DNA of 64,000 bases, from the IMG/VR virus record IMGVR_UViG_3300050343_000150, positions 27,748 to 91,747 of that record; one strand, given 5' to 3'. This document shows, piece after piece, positions 51,953-63,962 of the stretch (position 1 is the stretch's first letter; each line of letters begins with the position of its first letter). The translations under genes and the position numbers were made by a program. The notes under the pieces were generated by a model. That model was not told the DNA's origin, did not search any database, and saw nothing but the letters and a program-made list of their open reading frames with translations. The DNA comes from a virus.

Positions 51953-52686
51953 GTGAGATGAGTTGGAAAAGCATTCTGAAAAAGGAAGTAGACACAAGCA
52001 CCTTTACTCGTTATGTAACTGAGGATAACTATACTCTAAACGATAAATTTGGAGATGCGGTTCGGGAAAAAATAAACGATGCATCTCTCTTGGAGATGAT
52101 GAACGAGAGTAATTTATTGCATAGCAGTATGCTTAAGATTACTAGAGATAATTTTAACGAAATATTTGACATACGACCTTATCTCAAAGACCTTTACAAT
52201 AAATTAAGCCGAGAGTTTACGAAAGAAGAAATAGCAGAAACAATGGAAGTTTCATTTTCTTTCTTAGACGAGTCTCCAAGTAACTCTATTGATAAAACGG
52301 AAGAAATAGACGAATACATAGTTAATTTTATGCATGAAAAAGCCAACCCGTTTGTGCGTAAAGCACTTCAACCTCGAACAAGAGGTATGATTTTCTCAGG
52401 CCCGTTACCTAAAGATGTTAAGAGCAAGGAAGAAGCAATTGAGAAATTGAATGATTATGCAGCAGAACTAGATGTAGGATATTATCCGAAATTAAATCAG
52501 GATGCCACTCTTGAACAATTCAAGAAATCACTAGGAGAAATGGAAGCATCCATAGAAGGTGAGGCTAGTGGTTTCCGTGGGTATTTCGATAATGGTGTTG
52601 TGTGGTATCACATATTGAGAGAGATTGAGGGCTTTAGAACCCTAGATAAACTATGGAGACCCAAAACATATAGATTCATTAACTAA
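51949..52686 (+). CDS. Hypothetical protein with SW tag
   Basis: MSWKSILKK at 51958. Confidence 0.65.
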   Translation: MSEMSWKSILKKEVDTSTFTRYVTEDNYTLNDKFGDAVREKINDASLLEMMNESNLLHSSMLKITRDNFNEIFDIRPYLKDLYNKLSREFTKEEIAETMEVSFSFLDESPSNSIDKTEEIDEYIVNFMHEKANPFVRKALQPRTRGMIFSGPLPKDVKSKEEAIEKLNDYAAELDVGYYPKLNQDATLEQFKKSLGEMEASIEGEASGFRGYFDNGVVWYHILREIEGFRTLDKLWRPKTYRFIN

Positions 52687-52862
52687 GTTAGCAAAGGAAG
52701 TCCGTGAGAGTTTGAGATATTGATGGAGTTCAAAGGTAAGTTAGTTCACAAGAGACAAGACACAATTATTGTTCATCAGATGCAAGTCATCAAGGAAGTG
52801 TTAGCACAAAATCACCCTGAAGTTTGGTTAGATGTTAGAAAACAAATGGAGAGTAAGTTACA

Positions 52863-54390
52863 ATGAGTTGGTATTCAAATTGATATAATGCTAAAAGCAA
52901 TCCAAGCCGCTAGAACTAAAGATATCACTAGAGAAAAAAGTCAAAGAATTGGAGATGCTAAGGCATCAATATCGAGAAATACTGAAGAATGGGAAAGTAG
53001 TCTCAAAACCTTAGGAGTAAAACTTGAAGATGTTATTGCGAGATTATCTAAAGTAGTCGCTACTAGAAATACACAAGAACGGCCCGCTTCTATAAAAAAT
53101 TGGAAAAAATTAGTTACTGATAAGAAATGGGAAGAATTACTTCAAATTCTATCAGATGAAAAAGTAAGAAGTAGATTTAGACAATTATTACGTCAGTCAA
53201 ATAATTCAGAAAGTAGTAATGCTCTATTCACTTCTGAAGATGAAAACGCTAAAAAAATAATTTCATTGCTATATCCTACAAAGGAAGCATTTCCATCAAT
53301 GGAACTTACTACCACAATAAGTAATGACAACGCAATAGAATATGTTCAATTCGTATTGAATAAAGTAAATGTTAATCATCGTATACCTTTCATTAGTATG
53401 AAGCAAGGAGATAATCAATCTATGCGTACTCTATTTATGGCAAAACCAAAGTTGAAGGGGCTGCAATATATATTAGAAAATGATGCCATAGATACTAGTA
53501 AATTATCTAAACCTATGCTCAGACAATCAGTAGGTAAACTTGGTCTAATAAATGATTTAATAAATGACTCTCAATCTGTTAAATCTTTAGACAACATACA
53601 AGCAGAATGGAAAAATTTCAAAGACTTCGTAAAGGAAATTAAAACTGAGGAAAGCGATAAAACTAGTAAGAAAGTTTTACCGTTAGTAAAAAGAAAACTT
53701 TTCTTTGGGGCTATTGATAAAAATTTACTTGCTAAAAATGAGTTGTTAATGTATTTTAAGGGAGAAGGAATTTCCGAACCGGACTATGATGAACTGATAG
53801 AACTGATGGAAGATGAAGCATGGGCAGATATAGATGACCTACTAAATTTAGGAGATTTAGATACCGATGAAGTAGAGGCCAAATTTACACAGGCAGTACA
53901 GGGAGCAATACGTAATATGGTTTTGACCCCGGATAAATATAGAATACCTAGAAGTGATGATGCTAAATCCCTTGAGTTTATTTTCGAGAACGAAATGGAA
54001 GATATTATGGATAGTTTAACTGAAGAATCATTAGATGAGTCTTCTTTTACTACATCTCAACAAACAACATTTAACGATGGTGTAGCAATAAGAAATGATA
54101 CTTCAGGATTTCCGGAAGTAGTTAGAGTGTTAGAGATTCTAGGAGAATTATTTTCTGCCGGAGAAGATACTATTTCTACCTTTGATTACATAGAAGGAGA
54201 AATAACCCGTGAAAAGTTTATGGCACAAGTCCAAAAAGAATTTTCAGAAATTAAAAAAGACTTCTTAGCCAATGTTAAAGAAAATATGAAAGTTGTAATG
54301 AGCCAAGGTAAAAGAATTAACAAGGCTAATATTAAGAAAGAAAATGAACCATACATCTTTATTTATAAAATGTTTAATTTAGGAGGTTAA
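52863..54390 (+). CDS. Large helical hypothetical protein (possible internal virion protein); probable frameshift in first 25 nt
   Basis: ATGAGTTGG at 52863 is out of frame with the 500-aa ORF from 52888. Confidence 0.65.
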
Positions 54391-54394
54391 TATT

Positions 54395-56899
54395 ATGAGT
54401 GAACGATTTGATAAGTTTATGTTCGAAGGTATGCGAGGGCTAAAATCTGACTTAGAGGCAGAAGGAGTGAAAGAAATTAGTGCTGAAGCAAGAAAAATAA
54501 AAAATGGATTTGCAGATAATTCATTATTCGATTTTCTTTCTGTAAATGATATTTCTGATAAAGTAGTAAATGCTAAAGACGAGGCTAATGATTCTACATT
54601 ATTACTACGCAGTCCTGAAGGAAAAGTTACATTACAAAATTATGCTATGGCTTTAGGGGGAGCAAGAGCGCAAGAAAAGTTCAGAAACAAATTAATTGCA
54701 AGATATAGAAATTTCAAAAATCTATCTAGTATGCAGCAAATAGGTATGTTGAATTATGTATACCGAGAAACTAAAACATCTGAAATGGGTTCTAGAGAAG
54801 AAGGTAAACTTTCAGACGCTAACGTATTAGATGAAGAATTACTAGCAGCACTTTCTAAATTTAAATATACTAAAAATAATCTATCAGTTGGTGGAGAGGC
54901 AATAAGTAAACCAATTAAAAATTTCTCTAAGGAAATTATGTTTGATGGTTCGAAGATGCCTCGCAATGAAAAAGAAGATATGTATAGTCTTTTATTAGGT
55001 CAACCATTTGAAATTAAATCTAAACTCAAGCCTTTTATTGACAGGTTAAAAAACGAATTAGGTGATTTGAGTGAACAGCCTATTTCGGTAGAAAAAATAA
55101 GTGCTGGTTCTCTTTTAGGTAAATATGATTTAAAATTACTAAAACGTAGAGAAGCAATATACGATTATTGGGAAGAAATAGGAACAACAAAATGGGCAGA
55201 ATTTAGAAAAACTCATGTTGAATTTGTTGCGGCTATGAAGAAATTAATAAGTGGTAGTAAAAATAATGATTTCATTAGAGAAGTACAATCTCTTATTGAT
55301 ATAGAAGTAGATACTCTACAATATGTAATGCAGTATGAAGCAAAGAATTTACCGGCTGATAGTCCATTAGTTAACAGTGTTAAGTTGTTTGAATTATTTG
55401 TAGAAGAAAATAAAGATAATGAAAATTTAATTTATCAAGAAGGAGGATATAGAACCTCAAACGAAAAGGGTGGAGGCCAAGTAGGTGAACTTGACTATGA
55501 TTCTGTTGAAGATGGGGATATTGAAGAAAAACTTTCTAGTATATTAGAAGACTTAGATGAAGGTCTAGAAAATGCAGCAGACCCTCTTTTACATTATGCT
55601 TACGAATTGGGAGCAGTAGGACTTAAGGGTAAACCTGTTTTACTTTCTGAGATTAAAAAAATTAAACTTATGTTGAGAAATACTCTAGTCGTGATAGATG
55701 CTGAAGGATTAGAAGATACACTAAATGAGTTATTAGATAATATAGAAAACATGGCTATTGATAGTTCTAGGAAAACATTTTACTTACCATATCAAAAAGA
55801 ATTATATGGAGAAATTCCTTATGGGCCAATGAATGACTCTAGTAATTTATTCAACGCTTCTAATGTAGAACAAACTAAAAAATATCTAAGATTACTTTCT
55901 GAGTTTATTGATGTAGGTAATGACTTTGACCGTGGGGCAACAGGAGGAAGCAGCAACAAATACAAGTTCCCTGCTAGAGAAGGTGGACGTGGCGGTTCAC
56001 GAATGAAAGATTTTTCAGAGTTAAAGATGGAAGAGAAGTTTACTAAGTATTTATCTGCTGTTATGGAATATTTTGTTATTCCTGCTAGAAGTAGATTTAG
56101 ACCTTTGAAATCTTCATTGCCACACATAGTGCCACGTGATATCAATATTCTAGGTAAAGAAACACCTGCTAGTCAAAATGCTTTTATTCATTTGTTGCGC
56201 ATGGAATTTTCTACGGATGAAGGTATTATACTAAATAAAACTCAACTTACTCAAATTAATAGATTACTTGATACTCTGACTAGACCAGCAGTATCGAATA
56301 GATTAAGAGAATTTATTGGTGAAGTCCGTTCCTTTGCAATTATGATTAGTAATGTATATGACAACACAGTTACCAATGAAGTCAATATGGAAATGGGGGC
56401 TTTCTTACATGATGTATTAGAGAAGAATGGTATTGCTCCGCAAAAATTTGGTATCGGTAATGAAAAGATGACAAATGAATGGAATGCTGAGTATGAAGAA
56501 AATAAATCTAGAGTATTACCCTTCGAAGGTATATATGACCATATTAGATACAGGGAGTCTTCGTATCGTGCAGCAAATTTAGCAACCGAAATTAAAACAT
56601 TGATTCGTTTAGAAAGTAAATTGGACATAACTAAATCTCAAGAAGAATCTATAATATTACAAGCACATGATGAGATTCGTAAAATGTTAGGTAAACCAGT
56701 ATATTATGGGTTAGGAAAAGTAGATAGTTACGATAATGTTTCTGACACTTTGAACTTAATGAAGAGTATGTTTTCTGTGGATTTAACTGCTATGGAGTTA
56801 GAAAATATTGTAAATGATTTTGACTCTATGCAAAATCTTAGTACTAAACATGGTGTTTCAAAAGAAGGAATTTATTTCTTAAAGGCTAATTTTAGGTGA
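54395..56899 (+). CDS. Large hypothetical protein (834 aa), possible internal virion protein
   Basis: Long ORF with GGAGG upstream, in head module. Confidence 0.75.
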   Translation: MSERFDKFMFEGMRGLKSDLEAEGVKEISAEARKIKNGFADNSLFDFLSVNDISDKVVNAKDEANDSTLLLRSPEGKVTLQNYAMALGGARAQEKFRNKLIARYRNFKNLSSMQQIGMLNYVYRETKTSEMGSREEGKLSDANVLDEELLAALSKFKYTKNNLSVGGEAISKPIKNFSKEIMFDGSKMPRNEKEDMYSLLLGQPFEIKSKLKPFIDRLKNELGDLSEQPISVEKISAGSLLGKYDLKLLKRREAIYDYWEEIGTTKWAEFRKTHVEFVAAMKKLISGSKNNDFIREVQSLIDIEVDTLQYVMQYEAKNLPADSPLVNSVKLFELFVEENKDNENLIYQEGGYRTSNEKGGGQVGELDYDSVEDGDIEEKLSSILEDLDEGLENAADPLLHYAYELGAVGLKGKPVLLSEIKKIKLMLRNTLVVIDAEGLEDTLNELLDNIENMAIDSSRKTFYLPYQKELYGEIPYGPMNDSSNLFNASNVEQTKKYLRLLSEFIDVGNDFDRGATGGSSNKYKFPAREGGRGGSRMKDFSELKMEEKFTKYLSAVMEYFVIPARSRFRPLKSSLPHIVPRDINILGKETPASQNAFIHLLRMEFSTDEGIILNKTQLTQINRLLDTLTRPAVSNRLREFIGEVRSFAIMISNVYDNTVTNEVNMEMGAFLHDVLEKNGIAPQKFGIGNEKMTNEWNAEYEENKSRVLPFEGIYDHIRYRESSYRAANLATEIKTLIRLESKLDITKSQEESIILQAHDEIRKMLGKPVYYGLGKVDSYDNVSDTLNLMKSMFSVDLTAMELENIVNDFDSMQNLSTKHGVSKEGIYFLKANFR

Positions 56900-57420
56900 T
56901 ATATATGGTTGAAGTTCCCGATAAAATATACTCTGAGAAAGAGATGTTAAATTTATGGAATTCAAATAATCCCGATGACCAAAAATTACCTAGAAAACAA
57001 AGACCAACCTTAAAAACTACATTAACTACTACTAACCCTGAATATTTTATTGCTCTGTCAAAAAACAAACCTGTTGGTTATGCAGGTTTTGAGGACAATG
57101 GTTCTTTTTACGCTACTGCCGGAATTTATACCACTCCAAAAGAAAGAGGTAGTGGAGTTTCGTATTTGTTAAATCAAAGAAGATTAAGAATATTAAGACA
57201 GAAGCCATCGATTGCTTCTGTTAATATTAGTACATTTTCAAAAAATAAATGGATTAAACATTGGGAAGACCAAGGGTGGAAATTTAATTTAGAAGATGTA
57301 GAAGTACCTAGTGAGATTCCTATGGGTGTGTATCAAAAAGAAATCAAAGCCTACGGTAGGCAAAATGTAGGAGTATTAGATAATAGACTTGCTAAGTGGC
57401 AACAACAATTGAGGAGATAA
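56896..57420 (+). CDS. GNAT-family acetyltransferase
   Basis: VGYAG...GIYTTPKERGSG motif A; ends KWQQQLRR. Confidence 0.65.
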   Translation: MIYMVEVPDKIYSEKEMLNLWNSNNPDDQKLPRKQRPTLKTTLTTTNPEYFIALSKNKPVGYAGFEDNGSFYATAGIYTTPKERGSGVSYLLNQRRLRILRQKPSIASVNISTFSKNKWIKHWEDQGWKFNLEDVEVPSEIPMGVYQKEIKAYGRQNVGVLDNRLAKWQQQLRR

Positions 57421-57421
57421 A

Positions 57422-58862
57422 TTGGAAATAGATAATCTAGATTTTGTTTCACAAATGGATATGGAATTATCTAAAACTTCTTTTCCATATTTTTTTAAAA
57501 ATGTTCTTAGGTATGATGTACCCGAATATATGCAAGAATGGTTAGAATCAATGGAAACTACTGATAGAACAGTTATTATTTGTAGTCGTGACCACGGTAA
57601 ATCTGTCTTTATGCATAGTTGGGTAGTATGGAATCTTAATATTTCAAGAACCACCATTTCAAATGTTATACATTTCTTCTAACCAAAAGCAGACTTTAGT
57701 TCACATGAGAGAAATTGATAGATATTTTAATCATCCAGCACTTAAACAGTTCAAACCTAGTAGGGGTTGGGCTATTGGTAACATTCAATTAACAAATGGT
57801 AACGCAATTTTAGAACGTTCTGTTGGTTCTCAGATTAGAGGACTTCACCCTCAAGAGATTATTATTGACGACCCTTTGAAAGAGTTTAGTCTAGCAGGTA
57901 TTCAGAAGAGTTACTGATTGGTTCTTTGGAGATATGATACCAACACTTCATCACACTTCTAAGTTGAGAATGATTGGTACACCGTTTACCTATACTGATA
58001 TATTTTGCACAATTAGAAGAAAATGAGTGCATATACTGTTAAAAAATATCCTTGTCTTAATGCAATGAATGAACCACTTTGGCCTGAACGTTGGGACTTA
58101 TGATGCACTTATGCAAAGAAAGGCTGAAATAGGTTCTCTTAAGTTTACAAGAGAATATCTTTGTGTTCCTATCTCTACTGGAACTGCATTATTTAATCCT
58201 GAGTTTATTGCTGAAATGTAAAAATAAAGACTATGTTTTGAAATTAGGACATAGAAAGGATAAGGGATACAAATATTATGTTGGAGTTGACCCTGCTATC
58301 TCAACTGATGGAGACTACAATGTAATTACTGTTTTAGAAGTGATGATGAGAAAAAACAAAACTATTGTTCATGTTGATAGAGCTAAAAATGTTGAGTTTA
58401 GAGAAAATATTGATAAGATTAGTTTGATAGGTAAAATATTTGAGCCTGAAGAAATACTATACGAAACTAATACTTTCGCTAAAGCATTCACTCAAGAACT
58501 AAGGAATATTTCAGATTTGAACGTTAGAGATTTTAATACTACTAGAAAAAGAAACAGGAAATAATTCTTGAATTTACAAATGAATATAGAAAATGGAAAA
58601 ATAACTTTCCCATATGGTGATAATCTAGTAGAAATTAACCAATACGCTTTAATTGAAGAATTGTCAATGTTTTCTATTACTCATATTCAGGAAATTTGAA
58701 GGTGTAGGCGCACACGATGACTTAGTAATGAGTTTAGCATTGGCCAACGCTTGCGCTACAAAAACACAAGATGTGTTCATGTTATTAGATGATATGGGAA
58801 TTTTGATAAGTCCTAAGCCTACGAATAGGTCTTTAGGCGGTATGCTGGGGCTGAACTTCTAG
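57422..58862 (+). CDS. terL: Terminase large subunit (multiple frameshifts)
   Basis: SRDHGKS Walker A, IRG, IIIDD Walker B, IGTP, VGVDPA nuclease motif, HDDLVMS. Confidence 0.9.
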
Positions 58863-58869
58863 GGTATAT

Positions 58870-60228
58870 GCGTGGCGTGAAAAGGGTGACAAATTAAGAG
58901 ATGCTTGCAGACCTTGAACCAAGACGGAAGAACATCTGAAGAAAGAAAAAAGTATCACTGAAGATATGAAAAGAGTTGGTTATCCAACCTATTTCAGACC
59001 ATACAATTAGAAAAAAGATTCGCAGAAGATTTTAGGTTAACACTTTCAGATGCTAAGAAAACTAAAATATGAACTTAAAAAATATGAGATAGAAGGTAAA
59101 GATATACCTAAGATATTAAAGAACTAAAAAAGTTTAGAAGAACTCTGAAAGGAGAAGAAAAAATTAGCAGATTACAAAATCGATTGATAATTTAATCAAA
59201 GCATATTCAACTCATTTAGATACTAGTATGGATTCTATTTATTGGTTAAGAAATATAAACCTGTTCTAAAAGATATGACTTGCACTGAAGATAACCTAAT
59301 TAAATTATCATATGTTAATGATGAAGTTACTAGAAGAGAAATTGTGATACTTTGTAAATATTGGGAAGCGAGATAGAGAAGGATGGTATGCCATTCAACT
59401 CAGAGTATTCAAAATTAACTAAAACAGATGACAATTCTAAAGAGAGTTCAAGAGAATAGTTAAAGAAACATATGAAAACTTAACTCAAAAGAATTATCAA
59501 ACACCACATAACAAGTTAGTTAGTGAAGAGTCAGGGAATATCTGCTAGACAAATACACGAAAGATTACCTAAGATAACTATTCAAGAAAACAACTCCTAG
59601 TATAATTTCTAAAATGGCTAAACAAAGTAACATTACTAATGTTGAAGGTTCTTTCTATAAGTTCAGTGATGAAATTAAAAAAGGATATTTATGCTTATAC
59701 TGCGGCTTTCATAGATTCTGATGGATACATTACTATGGATAAAAATATAATCCTAGAGTTGGTTTAGTTGCAACGGGTGACAGAGGAAAGCATTCATGAT
59801 AGAAATGCATAAATCTCTAGGATGTGGGAGACTACATTTAGACCAAAAATCTCCACAAGACACTAAACCAATGTCAATAGATTAAACTTTTATTCTAGAA
59901 ATGATGTTGGAGAATATTAACAAATGCTTACCACATTTTAGAATGAAAGGGAAAAATGCAGAAATATTGTTAGAGTTACTTAAGAATGAAAAAATCATAA
60001 AAAAGCAAATTGGTACAAGGCACGTAAGGAAAACTGAACTTTAAATTAATGAAATATGAAAATCATAAAGACCATAAGAACTATGATTTCGCAAAGTATG
60101 AGATTGACATAGATAGTGTTGTAAAATATTATGATAATGATAAAAATTCTACTATGGATAAATTAGAAGAAGTTTTGAAGGATAACGAAGTGGTCGATGT
60201 TATCCACAAGATGGAGGAGGAAGAGTAG
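58870..60228 (+). CDS. LAGLIDADG-domain protein between terminase and portal (heavily frameshifted; limits approximate)
   Basis: YAYTAAFIDSDGYI at 59690-59731, PRVGLVATG, preceded by HTH-like 'ISARQIHERL'. Confidence 0.6.
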
Positions 60229-60229
60229 T

Positions 60230-61888
60230 ATGGTAGAAAAGAAGCCAACGTTGTTTCAGAGATTAACTCGAAGAACGACCCCTAAGCCCCAAGACAGAAA
60301 CATTTACAATCCGGGTATTCAAGAAAAAGCCCCGTCAAATATTATAACTGCTCCAATAATATATCACGTTACTTACCAATCTGTAATTGTACGTACTTGT
60401 ATTACTCAATTGAAAAATGAAATATTTAGGCGTGGGTATACATGGGAAGAAAAGTTTGTAGTCAAGTGTACAGATTGTGGAAGAGAACACAAAACTCCTA
60501 CTACTGCCTGTATTGATTGTGGTAGTACTAACTTAGTCAAGCCTAATCGTGACCAATTAAAATACATACATAAATTATTAGATGGTTATGTAAACAAAGG
60601 TGAACAATTATTTATTGATGTGCTAAAAGAGTTAGAAGATGACTTGAATATAATGGACGATGCATACTTATGATTATGGTTAAGGAATACTTTGTTGATG
60701 GATAATGGAGACATACGAATGCATCGTATTAAGGAAGTATATCAGAGGCGACCCTGTTTCTATGCATATTTATGCTGATGAAAATAGGAGAAAGAGGACA
60801 TCAAGGATTTACATGTTTGAATCATAGAGATTTTATTAGTACAGAAATTTCTGATACTTGTGGCATGTGTGGTTCTGAACTTATATCCTGTACATTATGT
60901 AAATAGAGTAAATGGAGACTGAACAGTATTTCTTAGATGGAGAAGTATTACATTTCAGTAAATATTCACCTTCTAGATTATATGGACAATCCCCAATTAT
61001 GACAATGTGGAATCAGATTACTACATTGCTAATTGCTATGGAAAATTATGTTAATTCTTCCTACACTAAGGCAAGAATGCCAAGAGGATTATTGGCAGTA
61101 CAAACAAGAAATATGGAATCTATGAAATCTTTTTGGAGAGGCGTCAAAGAAAAGATGGAGCAAGACCCACACTTTATTCCTGTTATGGGAATAGAAGGTG
61201 AAGGCGGTAAAGGAGGAGTTGAGTGGATTAAGTTCATGGATAGCCTAAAAGAAATGGACTATATTTCTGTTAAAGATGATTTAAGAGATAGGATTTCTGG
61301 ATTTCTATGGAGTTAGTAAAGTTTTCATGGCTGACAGTTCTGCTAGTGGTGGATTAAATAACGAAGGTATGCAAATACTTGTTACTAATAGAGCAGTAGA
61401 AATGGCGCAAACTATTTGGAATAATTATGTGTTTCCATTTATGACTAAGGAATTTGGGATTACAGATTGGGAGTTAAAGTTGCCTCCTTCAGAAGAAGAA
61501 GATGAAATTGCAGTTCTTCGTAAAAGAGAGATAGAAGTTAATATTGCAGCAGTCAATTAAAAATTTAGGATTTGAAGTAAATATGGATGACGAAGGTAGA
61601 TTTTCATATACTAAACCTGAGCCAAAAATGGAAGGTGGTGAAGGTGGTGCAAGCCAAGGTGGAGATAAAGTAGAACTTGACCCTTATGCTGGAACAGATA
61701 TAGATGCAAGTCAAATGGGACAAATGCAAGAACAGATGATGATGGGTGGTAGTAAACCACAAGAAAATCCACCTGCAACTAGAAACAAACCATCAATGTC
61801 TACTGGACCTGATAAGAGATTTACTGGATTACCAGCAGATGCTGGAAATCAAAATGTTGACAAGCGTACTGAAAGGAGAGTAGGTTAA
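60230..61888 (+). CDS. Portal protein (frameshifted) with Zn-ribbon insertions
   Basis: EVLHF.KYSPS..YGQSPI and P.GLL portal motifs; CTDC...CIDCG insert; follows terL. Confidence 0.8.
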
Positions 61889-62088
61889 TGAGTTGGTTTG
61901 ACGTTATTAAGAGAAAGAAATCAACAGTTAACCAAGCGGGTAATTATACTAAGCCCGGTATGAGAAAGAGGATATTCCAACGAATAAAAGCAGGAAGCAA
62001 AGGCGGTAGAAAAGGTCAATGGTCTGCAAGAAAAGCACAGTTACTTGCTGCAAGATACAAGAAAGCAGGTGGTGGGTATCGTGATTAA
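61888..62088 (+). CDS. Basic protein (DUF5872-like, N-half) with SW tag
   Basis: MSWFDVIKR...YTKP..R.RI...IKAGSKGG..GQWSARKAQLLA..YK.AGGGY. Confidence 0.7.
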   Translation: MSWFDVIKRKKSTVNQAGNYTKPGMRKRIFQRIKAGSKGGRKGQWSARKAQLLAARYKKAGGGYRD

Positions 62089-62344
62089 TTGGTTTGACTT
62101 GATTAAAAAGAAAAATTTACAACCCTCACAACAGTCTATGGTAGAATGGAAAGATGAAGATTGGGTAGATATGGGAGGAAAAGGAAAGAAAGGAAGATAT
62201 GCTCCTAGAGCAGTTGCTGAGTCATTAACTCCCAAACAAAGAGCCGCAGAGAACAGAAAGAAAAGAGCAGGTAGAAAGAAAGGCAAGCAACATGTTCCTA
62301 GAACAAAAGCAGGAAAAAAAGTCTACCAAAGAATAGAGGGCTGA
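62081..62344 (+). CDS. Basic protein (DUF5872-like, C-half) with tag
   Basis: GTG start MINWFDLIKK...Q.S..EW..EDW...RY.P.....LTP.Q..A.NRKKR.G..KGKQ.V. Confidence 0.65.
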   Translation: MINWFDLIKKKNLQPSQQSMVEWKDEDWVDMGGKGKKGRYAPRAVAESLTPKQRAAENRKKRAGRKKGKQHVPRTKAGKKVYQRIEG

Positions 62345-62350
62345 AAGATT

Positions 62351-62605
62351 ATGAGTTGGGAAGAAGTTTTGAAAAAGAAAAAACCTAACAAGGGTAAAAG
62401 ATTTGTCTCTCCAAAAGGAACTTCTTATGGTCAGGCTGGTAAAGCGAAAGATGGCGGAGATAGAATTAGACCCGGTACAAGTAAAGGTGATGCTTATTGT
62501 GCAAGGTCAAATAAGATAAAAGGGGATTGGAGAAAAGACCCTGATAGTCCTAATAATCTAAGTCGTAGAAAATGGAAATGTCACGGGAATAAGTCTAGCA
62601 AATAG
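62351..62605 (+). CDS. Basic protein (YCARS...WKC family) with SW tag
   Basis: MSWEEVLKK...AYCARS...SRRKWKC. Confidence 0.7.
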   Translation: MSWEEVLKKKKPNKGKRFVSPKGTSYGQAGKAKDGGDRIRPGTSKGDAYCARSNKIKGDWRKDPDSPNNLSRRKWKCHGNKSSK

Positions 62606-62678
62606 ATAAAATTGTGGAAAGGCTCATCAACTACATTATATGTCGAAGTAATTGTTAAACAGTAGGGGGGGAGACAAT

Positions 62679-62840
62679 ATGAGTTGGAAAAAACTACTAA
62701 AAAACCGTGATGATTGTTTGTGTTGGAGAACAAAGTCAGAAAGAGAAATGATGATGGATGACGATGGTAATTGTAAGCATTGCGGTAGAAAAATACCGGG
62801 AATGGAAAAAGCAATCGAATGGGGGTACAGGGGTAAATAA
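62679..62840 (+). CDS. Small Zn-binding protein with SW tag
   Basis: MSWKKLLKN..CLC...CKHCG. Confidence 0.55.
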   Translation: MSWKKLLKNRDDCLCWRTKSEREMMMDDDGNCKHCGRKIPGMEKAIEWGYRGK

Positions 62841-62841
62841 T

Positions 62842-63066
62842 ATGAGTGAAAAAAGTGTAAGAGAATTAGAAAGACAACTAGCAGATGCAAGAGCAGAACA
62901 ATATGCTCATTATAGTAGAAAGGAAACAAAATCAAGAGATTATTCTGTTGGGGGAGTAGACCCACAAACTACTGTGGAGAAAAAAATACCTAAGGCTTCT
63001 GAAATACCGGATGCAATCTTGTTACCTAAAGCAAGAAAAAATAGAAAAGAAAATATTCCATTTTAG
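62842..63066 (+). CDS. Hypothetical protein
   Basis: MSEKSVRELERQL... Confidence 0.6.
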   Translation: MSEKSVRELERQLADARAEQYAHYSRKETKSRDYSVGGVDPQTTVEKKIPKASEIPDAILLPKARKNRKENIPF

Positions 63067-63936
63067 GTGAGTTACATGGACGATTCTTTTTTTGAGATTT
63101 TAAAAAAAAAGAAAAAGGAATCTACGATTAGTAGTGTAGCCGATACATTATTTGGTGGTAAAAAACCTAGTGCTGCTATGATGGAAGCAACCCACGGAAT
63201 TAAAATTGAAGATACAAAAACTAGCACTAAAAATGTAGAAAAGGAGTTAGAAGAATTATTAGAAATTTTTTCTAAGACCAAAGACATTAATGATAATAGT
63301 GTTAGAGAAAAATTGGTGTTAACTCAAGACTTAATATTCAAGCCTAAGAACGTAGTAAATCGTATTCTTGCGGGTTTAGAAAATATAAATAGAATGCCCT
63401 CCGCATTCAAGTTAATTTTCTATGAACAAAACCGTGATGGAAGTGCTAGTGAAACATTTAGGAGATACAACAATTTAGACAGTGATGATATCTTTAGAGA
63501 ATTATTAGATACATTACCAAATACCAGTAGAACTCGTAGTACACTATCTGAATTAAAATACCGCAGAGCAGTTTCTGCTTTCAAAAATTCCTTAAATGCG
63601 GTAGGTAAAGTTACATTGAGAGGTTCTAGACTGTCTGACTTAGAAAAATTTAGTCAATTAACGCTTAGTCTTTCAGATTGGATGGAAGTTGAAGACGAAG
63701 AAGAATTAGAAAATATCGGAGATATCTACGAAACTCTAGGAGATGATGCATTCGAAAGAGATAGTGTAGGGCAATTATCAGAAGCATTAGATATGGTTGA
63801 AAATATGTGGAAAAATGCAACTCCTGAAATAAGGGTAAAATTTAGAAAAATGTTAACTAATGCAGACATAATTAATCATGGTTTCCCTGTACAAAATGGG
63901 AAAAGAAGAAAAATTAATTTAACAGAAGAGATTTAG
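63067..63936 (+). CDS. Hypothetical protein with tag variant
   Basis: MDDSFFEILKK. Confidence 0.65.
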   Translation: MSYMDDSFFEILKKKKKESTISSVADTLFGGKKPSAAMMEATHGIKIEDTKTSTKNVEKELEELLEIFSKTKDINDNSVREKLVLTQDLIFKPKNVVNRILAGLENINRMPSAFKLIFYEQNRDGSASETFRRYNNLDSDDIFRELLDTLPNTSRTRSTLSELKYRRAVSAFKNSLNAVGKVTLRGSRLSDLEKFSQLTLSLSDWMEVEDEEELENIGDIYETLGDDAFERDSVGQLSEALDMVENMWKNATPEIRVKFRKMLTNADIINHGFPVQNGKRRKINLTEEI

Positions 63937-63962
63937 ACTAGGTAGTAGTGGGAGATAGTAGT

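Noticed and set aside
57422-61888. Pseudogenisation or programmed frameshifting of terL, the LAGLIDADG gene and portal
   Set aside because: Many scattered single-base indels in essential genes, clustered in patches (also 20950-21470, 25600-26700, 10730, 11430), fit low-coverage long-read error better
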